The position numbers and the translations under genes were made by a program. From Dimorphilus gyrociliatus (Eukaryota; Animalia; Annelida): a stretch of 64,000 nucleotides of DNA. The stretch is taken from contig CAJFCJ010000016.1 of assembly GCA_904063045.1 (NCBI GenBank), forward strand, positions 620,001 to 684,000, given 5' to 3'. Below the pieces are notes generated by a model. The model had not been told where the DNA came from. It was given only the letters and a program-made list of their open reading frames with translations, and ran no database searches. Of the stretch, positions 52,594 through 62,467 are shown in pieces. Each line of letters begins with the position of its first letter. Position 1 is the stretch's first letter.

Positions 52594-53033
52594 GAGGAGT
52601 TGCTCAACTCTTGGGATGCTGTTGTCGGTGCAATATTTTTCACTGTTTGGGAATTGCTGGATTCGCTTTTATGCCGTGTTGTGGTATCTGCGGGACTGCT
52701 GAGGAGAGAGAAACCCCAAGGATGGACGACACTTGCGATAAAAAAAATACTGATGTTATGAAAGTAATGACTTTACAAATGATTCAAGATAAGAGAAGGA
52801 ATGAAGAATTACGATTAAAAATCGAAAGAAAGAAGGAACGAAAAAGACTAAGGAAAGAAAAGAGGAGAAAAAGGAGACAGAGAAAAAAGATAGAGAGAGA
52901 AGCAAAAGAAGAAGATAGTTATGACAATGACGAGGATTTACCAACAAAGAGATCAACCAATTCTAATGTCGACGAAACGTCGGCAAGTAAAACAGATGAC
53001 TTGTCAAAAAGTGATGAAAAAGGTATGAGGTGA
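52594..53033 (+). CDS. Orphan protein exon: Cys-cluster/hydrophobic N-terminus, basic coiled coil, acidic tail
   Basis: Acceptor GGACAG at 52592-52593, then about 145 open codons (GVAQLLGCCCRCNIFHCLGIAGFAFMPCCGICG...KKERKRLRKEKRRKRRQRKK...EEDSYDNDED); donor-like G|GTATGA at 53023 or stop at 53031-53033. A possible tiny first exon ATG52462-52480 is in phase. Confidence 0.55.
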
Positions 53034-53480
53034 TTAATCAGCCATATAAATTTTCCTTTGATAATAGATTTATCTAACTTTTTAAAATATATAGTGTACT
53101 GTATATATCAATATGATTTATTAATTATTAAATATATCTTTTATAATAGATGCCTTAGTTTTTAAAAATATATAAAGATAATTAATTATCGTTCATATAC
53201 CATATGCTTATTCATCTTTTAGGCTGAATATTTGTGGCGTGTATAGTTTGTAATTAATTAAGCACTATTTACATTCATTCATTGTTGATTAGGTAATTAA
53301 ATTTGGTAGAAAAAATAAAAAATCGATTATCTTATGAATTGATCACTTGTAACTCTTTTATCATGGATGGGGCGGAGCATGTCAAGTTTTGAATAACGTA
53401 AAAGCGTCACTCAAGTAGCGTCGTTTAAATCACCTTTGACACTTGTGTTTCATTGTTAAAATCAAGATGAAGGAAGACGA

Positions 53481-54657
53481 TTAGCTCTTGTTTGAGAGGT
53501 CGATTAATTTTTCTGTCAGCTCGAGACCTTTTTCAATGTTTTCTTCTCTGTCTAGATCGTGATTCGCTCTTATCAAGTGTCCGAATAATCTATAAGCTAA
53601 AGAACGATCTTTTGATCCCCGTCTGGCACCAAATTCGGCATCGTAGGCCTGATAAAATTCTGGCGGGAAATCATTAGTAATTAACGGCTGAGTAAAATCG
53701 AATTCGTGATGACTGTAAGAGCAATATGGGTCATAGATGATAGGTTCACCGTCGATTTCACCACAATTATCACTAGCTAAGTCAGAGACGCATAAAGACG
53801 GTTTATAATCGTAGCCCTTGAATACTTTATCAATGTTAATCATCATTTCTCGACAATTTTCGTATAGTTTCTTATTCTTTTCACTTTGGCCCGATAACGG
53901 TTCAAAAGCGTTTATCATCGGATTAAGAATTTCTCTAAGATACAAATCCTGTTAAAATAAAAATGGCATAATAAAGATGAAAGAGAAATTGAACTACTGC
54001 GACTATTACTACTCACTGGCCAACTTGAATACCACGTATCAGCTTGAATTTGATAGATTGGTCCAAAAACAATGGGGAAATGAAAGCCGAACTTTTCAAT
54101 GGCTTTTATTGTTTTATTATGAATGGAACTTTCGGCTTTCTTTTTTATTTCTAGTTTATTAATGTTATCTTTATGCAATCTAGCCACTCTTTTAGCAAAA
54201 TTCATCCAACTTGTCTTTCCTTCAATAGGCTTAAGTTCATTTAAATATTCTAATACAATTATTGCACCATCTCTTTCATTCTTATCTATAACCTAGTTTT
54301 GATAAGAAATCAACCAAAAATTATACCATGGGGAATTAGTAAAACAATACTTGCTTTGAGAACATTTGGAACTCTGATGGTTCCAGTTTCCTTTATCAAT
54401 TTTAAACTTTCCTCTTCAACTTGGAACATATCCAGACCCTTTTAATAAGAAATATTCTCAAGTTATATTATATAAATAAAGATGTAGGATATAATTTTTA
54501 CAACCAGTTTAAAGTCATTTTCTTTGACAAATACTGGGCCGAAACTCGTATTATATACACCAGTATTATTAATACTATCTTGGGACGGTCTTTGAATAAA
54601 TTCAACAGAAGAACAATTCAGTTCTTTCTTTAAAATTGTCTCAATGTAACTTGTCAT
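53481..54657 (-). CDS. FN3K-like: Divergent fructosamine-3-kinase / ketosamine-3-kinase-like protein, 4 exons, about 326 aa
   Basis: Exons 54657-54505, 54438-54355, 54292-54017, 53948-53481. GPVFVKEN...MFQVEEESL...IRVP, IVLEYL, ARLH, KFGFH, PSL..SDL...N, PIIYDP, FY.AY and R...YRLF align with FN3K family motifs. Intron 2 is GC-AG. Confidence 0.85.
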
Positions 54658-54942
54658 GGAGTTTTTTCTTCAATGTAGCGTGTTTATTGTTATTTCCTAC
54701 TAAAGCAGACGATATTGACTCTTTGCATCTCGTATTGCCATCTAGTTTTAGAATTTAATATCTCTATGTTAACAGAGAGACTTCTTTGATGTTTGATCAG
54801 AGTAAGTTTCCCAAAGATAATCTATTCTTATATAAAATAAAGTAAAGAATATTCAAATGTTTAAAATTCTCATGTTATTCTATTTTTTCAATCAATAATA
54901 AGAAACTTATAATATATATTTACATTTCATTTACAAAAGAAT

Positions 54943-54956
54943 ACAACAGATGGCGC
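54943..54956 (+). promoter_or_regulatory. CTCF-like motif ACAACAGATGGCGC in the head-to-head FN3K-like / GlyR-like intergenic region
   Basis: Core CAGATGGCGC; a weaker copy TTGCCATCTAGTTT lies at 54735-54748. Confidence 0.4.
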
Positions 54957-55418
54957 TATTTAATGAAAAAAACTTTATTTTAGAAAAAAAAAGATCTATT
55001 GTTAACTAGTTAAAATATTATTAAAAAAAAACCGATTAATTGATCAAATTCAATTTCATAACTCCATATGTCACTTTTATACTCAATTATGATTGAATAA
55101 AGCCGATATGGCAGCTGAAAGAACAGTTGAAAGAGAGAGAGAAAGAGAGAGAGATAGACAACAGTTTAGTTAAAAAGTATATAAAAAATTGAATATTTTA
55201 GAATAACCAATGAAAATACTAACAACTGTTGATATTAAGTTTTTTATTATTAATATTATTATGATAGTAAATACATACGAGAATTAGAGTGAGACTTGTG
55301 TTACTACTGGTGGCTCATTTCAAAGCATATTGCATTTCATACCGTTTAGTTAATGTTAATTATTATTAATAATATTATTTATCATTAACTCTCATACTAA
55401 CCTAACTAAAAGTGAGAT

Positions 55419-57223
55419 ATGAGAATAAATTTACTTACTTTATTCGTTATATTTCATTGCAATAACGGGTAAGTAAGATAGTTTATTATATCTAATGTAT
55501 ATATTCATTCTAATTAAGATATTCAGTAATCAGAACGATAATAAGGTTAAAGAATTCTTAAAAAGAATAAACAGCGAAAATTATCAGAATGGAATAAGAC
55601 CAGGATTTTCTAAAGGTTAGTTTATTTGATTTAATTTTGTAATTAATTCATTAATTAATAATTAATAATTATATTAAAGGTGAAATAGACAAAGTTGAAA
55701 TGAATATGTATATTAATAGCTTTGGTTCAATTAGTGAATCATTGATGGTAAATTTTATTGATAGATAACACTACTACTTTATTATATATATTTATATATT
55801 TTCTATTTAACAGGAGTATACTATTAGTATCTTTATGCGTCAATCTTGGAGAGATGAACGTTTAAGGCACAACTTAACAAAATTAACTTTATCTTATCAT
55901 TATGGGGATATTCTATGGGTTCCTGATTTATTTTTTAGAAATGAAAAGAAAGCTTATGTTCATCGCGTGATTCATCCTAATAAACTAATTACCGTATCCG
56001 AAGATGGTAGGGTTACCTATAGTCAGAGGTTAGAAGGTGATATATATATATAGACAATTATAGATTATACATAGAAGAATATTCTATAGGATAACTTTAA
56101 AACTTTCGTGCAATATGATACTCCTAAAATTCCCCGTTGATACTCAAGTTTGTCCTCTCTACTTAGAAAGTTGTAAGTAACATTTTATAAAGAAAACTCT
56201 TCAAATATAATCTATACTGTATATCCTATATTAACTGTTCTTAATATAATATCTTCTATAGTTGGCTATACAACTGAAGAATTAATGTTCTATTGGAAAA
56301 AAAAGAATCCTGTTCAATTAAATATTGAAAATGAATTACCGAAATATGAATTAAAAGATATGATTTTTGATAATTGTACCCAGAACTACTTAACTGGTAA
56401 TTTTACATGTATTAAGACAGTTTTTACTTTAGAACGACAATATGATTTTTATATCATACAATTCTATTTACCGTCTATTCTGATTGTTATGATATCTTGG
56501 ATTTCATTTTGGATTGATAACGAAGCTATACCTGCTAGAATTTCGTTAGGTTTATTAACGGTTCTTACTCAAATTACTCAGATGTCTGGTTTAAAAAATC
56601 TATCTCCAGCTGTATCGTATGTAACAACATTAGACGTTTGGAATTTTGCTTGCCTAATATTTACATGCGCAGCGTTTATTGAATTTTCCATTGTTAATGG
56701 AGTAAAATATGGTGTAAAAGATGATAAAACTACAATTGAAGTAATTATATTCTACTGTATTCTTATTAAATTGTTTAATTAATTTTCATTAACTATCGTT
56801 AAGGAAAAGGAACAATCAAGAGAAACTGATGGAGTATCTACAACAATGAATCACCAAATTCGTAGACGACACATTAAAATGAAAAAGTTTAGCTGCAAAA
56901 TGTAATACTATTATTAATTTATAGCTTAATTGCTGTTTAACGTCCATAATAAGATTTATTAGGAAATATCAACGAAAAGTTGTGACATGAGTTCCCAACT
57001 AAATCTTTTACCTTTTCAGTCTCTAATTAACCTTTCAATATATATATATATATATAAATAAGCATTGAAATCTCTTTTCTCTTATAGAAAGAAGAAGAAG
57101 AAAAGTCCTTTAAGACGAAGAGATTTATCAATTGCAATAGATAAGATTTCAAGGATAATCTTTCCAATTTTCTTTGCAGTTTTTAACGTTTTCTATTGGA
57201 TTGCTATATTCAAATTCCTATAA
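55419..57223 (+). CDS. Cys-loop ligand-gated anion channel, glycine-receptor-alpha-like, 8 exons
   Basis: Signal peptide MRINLLTLFVIFHC; INSFGSI; FMRQSWRDERL; WVPDLFFRNEK; Cys-loop CNMILLKFPVDTQVC; ESFGY; loop C disulfide CTQNYLTGNFTC; M1 YLPSILIVMISWISFW; anion-selective PAR motif; M4 IDKISRIIFPIFFAVFNVFYW; TAA at 57221-57223. Confidence 0.93.
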
Positions 57224-57811
57224 TTCATATTAAATTTATGATATTAAATATTTTGCATTATGTAATGTCACCTAGTCAGTTCAAATCTCACATTTTTTCT
57301 GTTACTCGATTTTTAGTGTCTGTTGTTGCGATCGTTATTCTTCTTTTTGTTATTATTTTGTTGTATTTTTTGTTTAAATTAATAAAAGGTAAATAACTTC
57401 TATTTCGCTTTCTGATTGGATAAAAGATAGTCTATTAATATCGCAAATATAGGAATCTTCTTGGAAACGTCTCTACCCTTATTACTCTTCCTTTTTTTAA
57501 TTATTATTATAGAAGTAGTATTGTAAAGTTTTCACGTTGCTTTATTATAGTTTTTATTATTTTCTTATATAAAAGAAAAACAGTGAAAGAGATAATTATT
57601 ATATATTTATTTTTAAACTTGTTTACTCAAAGACGTATCTTGAATACAATAGTTTTTTTTTTAATATAAAACCTATAGGCTCAGAGGAATATTATCAATT
57701 TATCGATTAACAATAAAAGTTGAAAGAGTTAGACTGGTTTCTTATTAAGTGTAGTTTGGTTTTTTTTTCCATTTTTTATAATTCTGTTGAACAGGAGAAT
57801 TAATATAAAGA

Positions 57812-59158
57812 ATGGATGAAAAAACATGTAAAATTGTCAAGTTAAGGGAAAACTCTTCAGTACCAGGTAATAGTTATTAAATATGATATCTGTTCTGTGA
57901 ATTAGTATTATGTATTTCATCAAATATAACAGAGGTAGTAAATACTGGTAAATTCCAAATAACAAGCGACATGAAGGCCATGTACGATGAAGAAGGAGTT
58001 ATTTGCGTCAGGTAATTACTATTAATATTTCTAAAAGAATATATTAGACTCTAACGTTGCAAAGACAAATGAAAAGAATCATCCTCTCATTTCCGGAAAT
58101 AGTATCGTTGCTTGTCAAAAAAGAAAGCAGCTTTTTATATCATGTTTAATTATAGGAACTTATTTTCGAAAGAAGAAATAGACCATATACTGAAAGCAAT
58201 CACGGCGACAGATGAAATTACTGGCAAAAGTTGGGGTGTTAGTAGTTTCTTGTTCGTTTCTTTGATATAATTAATTAAGAATTCGTTTTATTTTAAATAG
58301 AGATCGGACGGTGAAGGAAGATCCGTTAAATTAGCTTTGTGGAAGCATCCTGGCAATGATGTTACCGGAATGGTGGCTAGATGTAAACGCATAGTTGATA
58401 CCTGTGAAGCTTTATTGGGAGGCGAGGTATATCATTATCATACAAAATTAATGATGAAGGATGCGAAAACTGGAGGAAAGCATTTATGGCATCAAGATTA
58501 CGGATATTGGTATAAGAATGGTATGCTCAGGCCCGATGTACTTACAGTTTTTATACCTCTTGATGTCTGCAACAAGACAAATGGCGGCCTTCAAGTAAGT
58601 AATAAGCCATTATTATGTTAAATACGTTTATAATTGTTCATCTGCTAATGTATAATATATCCAATTAAAGTGTATACATAAATGTTAGGTTGTACCGGGA
58701 AGTCACAAAGCTGGTAGAATTGAACATCTCACCGTAGCTGAGCAAACAGCCGCCAATGATGAAAGAGTACAAGCTCTTTGTGAACATTTTGGAGGCAAAG
58801 TCTATACCGATTTACAACCTGGAGACACTCTTTTTTTCCATTCTAATCTTTTACATACATCGGATAAGAATGATAGCGATATGAGACGATGGTGCTTCCT
58901 AACGGCGTATAACAGAGCTGATAATGATCCTATTTACAAGCATCATCACCCAAATTATACACCATTGAGCAAGGTAAATAAAAAATATAATATATTACAA
59001 TAAATCAAATGTAAAGATTTCGCTTCAAAAACAAAAATTAGGTGGAAGATTCAGCTATTTTAGAATGTCAAAATTTTACGGATATGTCTGGAAAAGAATT
59101 CCTTGATCCAAAAGATTATGACCAGCATTTACGATTAAAAAAGAGTGGATATCATTGA
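57812..59158 (+). CDS. PhyH-family Fe(II)/2-oxoglutarate dioxygenase (L-proline trans-4-hydroxylase/ectoine hydroxylase-like), copy 1, 6 exons
   Basis: WKHPGND, EVYHYHTKLMMK, HxD in WHQDYGYWY, NGGLQVVPGSH, LQPGDTLFFHSNLLH (distal His) and RRW (2OG-binding Arg); five GT-AG introns; TGA at 59156-59158. Confidence 0.92.
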
Positions 59159-59831
59159 AGTCTGTTATAGTTTCATGTAATTTTCCCCTACCTTCCCCTT
59201 TCCAATATTTCTTCCATCTATCTTAAATTTGAATTCTAATACTAGAATAAGGGAGGAGCAGAGGGGGGGAGACGAATTAAAGACAGATGATATTTCTATT
59301 ATTCACTGCATATAATACACATACATATACTATATGATGGGATGTTTTGCTATTGTTTATTTATATAAAATATCTAGATTAACAAAATCTAATATATATC
59401 CAACTTAAATACATAGATATATAGCGCTCATAAAATATATATACAGTATATATATACAAAGTATAGTATTTAGCATATAGAATGTAAATAGAGAGATGTA
59501 TTTTAGATTTAGTTTTGTTTGCTTGATTCTTAGATATTCGTTCTTTAGATTGTTCCTTAGTAGGCATAAATTGTTAGATAGATTATTTTTAGATATACAA
59601 TATATATTCTCTTATTTTGTTATTTTATCTAAATTTATAATCCACCCGTCAGATAATTTTGCTGATTTCCATTTAGAATAAATTTATCTTTTATCAAATC
59701 TATGTCAAGCAAGCAAGCTATTGTTTCATGAATGTTTATACACTGTACAACCTTGAAAAATTGACTTGTATTGTCTCTTTTACAATATAAACATAATTAA
59801 TAAATGTATATCATACACACAAAATTTAAAA

Positions 59832-59845
59832 GCGCCATCTAGTTA
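59832..59845 (-). promoter_or_regulatory. CTCF-like motif between the two PhyH paralogs
   Basis: Plus strand reads GCGCCATCTAGTTA, about 180 bp upstream of the copy 2 ATG. Confidence 0.45.
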
Positions 59846-60022
59846 ATCAAAAAAACTCTACCATTTTCTATTCAAGTGCCTGGTTTGTTTTGTTTTGGTT
59901 TGCTAGTAAAAAAAAGTAAAACAGAGCAATTCAGCAAGCGGCCTTGACATTGAATATTCTTTCTCTGAAGCAGCTATCAGCCAATCTTCGAAAGTTGAAC
60001 AATTAAAATAATTACTTTACCA

Positions 60023-61333
60023 ATGGATAAATCACAAATCGTACACCTAAGAGAAAATAATACTATACAGGGTGAATGTTATTATCTTCATTTTAAATAT
60101 TAAAACGGACTACTAACTATAAAGACAAGTTATGTAGTCATTTTTGTCAGGAGTTTATTGATTTTTCATAGATTTTATGCTTAACATTTATTAGAATTTA
60201 AGAACACCGGTAAATTCGAGATCAACGACGAAATAAAAAAGGTCTATGATGATGAAGGTGTCTTCTGCGTCAGGTAACACAATAAAATGGCTCCTTTGTA
60301 GATCTCTTTCCTTTTTTGCTTTCTATTAATAAATTAAATTATCTATATTTGGAACCAGAAATTTATTTTCCAAAGAGGAAATAGACCATATTCTTAAAGG
60401 AATAACAGAAACTGACCTAATTACTAGTCGGGCTTGGGACGTAAGTGGCAGCGTTCTTTGCTCTGTTTACCTATTCTTTTCTTAGATAAATAAATTTAGC
60501 GCTAAAATTTTTAATTGTGTAAACAGTTAGCCGATGGCGAAGGAAGAGCCAGCAGGCTGGTTATATGGAGCCATCCCGGAAATGATGTAACCGGAATGGT
60601 AGCAAGGAGTAGAAGACTGGTGGAATCTTCTGAGAGATTATTAGGTGGTGAAGTGTACCACTATCACTCTAAATTAATGATGAAAGAACCCCATACGGGA
60701 GGTAAACATCTTTGGCATCAAGATTACGGCTATTGGTATAAAAATGGTATGCTCAGACCAGATGTTTTGACTGTTTTCATCGCTCTTGACGTTTGCAATA
60801 AGACTAACGGTGGACTACAAGTAAGAGTCCGCTATCACTTAAAATGGCTTTTACAATTCTTTTATTAACAGGTAGTACCTGGAACTCACAAAGCCGGTAG
60901 AATTGAGCACGATCTCCTGCATGGACAAACTGTCGCTAATTACGACAGAGTGAATGCTTTGTGCGAACACTATGGAGGTGTTGTATACGCTGATCTTCAA
61001 CCTGGAGATGCTCTTTTTTTTCATTCTAATGTTCTACATACATCGGATAAGAATGATAGCGATCTTAGAAGATGGTGTTTATTATTGTCTTACAACAGAG
61101 CTGATAATGATCCCATTTATAAGCATCATCATCCAAATTATACTCAGTTGAAAATGGTATGAAAATACTATAGGAAAGCATTAAATGTTACTGAAAAGTG
61201 TGTTTTTATCCAGGTTGAAGATTCCGAAATCTTGTCCTGTCAGAATTTTACAGATATGTCGGGAAAAGAGTTTATGGATCCTGCTGGAGATAAAACAGTC
61301 AACATAAGCTTAAAGAAAAGCGGCTTTCATTAA
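60023..61333 (+). CDS. PhyH-family dioxygenase, tandem copy 2, 6 exons
   Basis: Same five intron positions and phases as copy 1; WHQDYGYWY, FFHSNVLH and RRW intact; TAA at 61331-61333. Confidence 0.92.
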
Positions 61334-62467
61334 ACTTATGCTCTTAACTAGGAATATCTTAATAAAGTCATATTTGAAAAATATTAAATTTTAATAATCA
61401 ATTATGTATAAATGAGACGTTAACAATGAATTTTTAAAAGAAGCTAACAAAATTTGCCATAAAAAATTATGATATGAAAAAATAGCCTAATTCTTCCTTA
61501 ATCTTGCCTTTATCTTTATCTCCTACCTTTTTTTTATATCAACCTTTGAAAGGAGCACCATAAATAATTATATAAACATACTAATATATATATATATATA
61601 TCTATAGTTTCCTACGTAATGTTTGGAAACACTATGGGATTACCTCTGCAACAAATGGCATTCATTCAAGGAGTAAGATGAAAAATTATTATGAAATCTA
61701 TTGCCAGAGCTGTTTTTCTTTTATCGTTAATTGTAACAGTTATACGGCCAAAAGTACTTCCCTACTAATATCCTTTTTTGATTATTATTCAGTTACTTGT
61801 TTTTTTAATGAAACATAGAAAAGAGGAAAGGACGGTTTCATAACTAATGCGAATATAACGTAATTGATAACATAAGCTTCCTATATTGAATATATTTTTA
61901 TATTCTTAATAATATGCTAAAAAAGGAAACTTGGATTTAAATAATAATCAAAAGTTATAATCTTTAATATTTTGATTATGTTAAATGATAAATAAATTAG
62001 AAATTAGTTTAACTATTCAGAAATCTGCTGCCTTCTTGCTCTTTTAAAAGTAATATACAATACGGCAGAATAAATAAAGAGGCATAAAAAGTTTGACGAA
62101 TAACAATAGAACGAATAACAAGTGCAATTTTAAAACTAAGAATAATGTTGAAAAGTCATTCGTGTGATATCAGGGAGCTAATTATAGTCAATTATACTAA
62201 TTAAATATTTTTAAGTTGACTGGAAGAAAAAATAAATCAATGTTATTTTATCTATTCGTTCGTTAACAACACGAAATCGACAAATTTGCTTTAATAATGG
62301 AAAATCTTTTAAATCTGCATGAAAATATCCTCAATAAAAAGATACTATTAGAAGTATTTGCTATTAAAAACCAGTCACGACCACTTTTATCACCAAATGT
62401 AATAAGAGTTACGTATTAGATAACGCTGTAACCATCTGTTGCAGAAAGATTATCCCCACCGTTAGCC

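Larger units (their letters stand above)
3644..59450. repeat. Dispersed 11-bp palindrome TATAC(A/T)GTATA, at least 18 perfect copies (candidate Tc1/mariner excision footprints)
   Basis: Starts at 3644, 4968, 4977, 15747, 21501, 23987, 27085, 29120, 29171, 36473, 42667, 43751, 49822, 51068, 51469, 51901, 56213 and 59440; all non-coding. Confidence 0.8.

Noticed and set aside
199-61151. Antisense shadow ORFs (199-555, 3903-4268, 17904-18095, 19747-19950, 26490-26738, 52756-52956, 53492-53677, 53977-54162, 54421-54633, 60954-61151)
   Set aside because: They overlap real exons on the opposite strand or frame and carry no recognisable motifs.
57812-61333. Recent horizontal transfer of the PhyH genes from bacteria
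   Set aside because: Five spliceosomal introns each, host-like composition, and the family is, to my knowledge, widespread in invertebrates.
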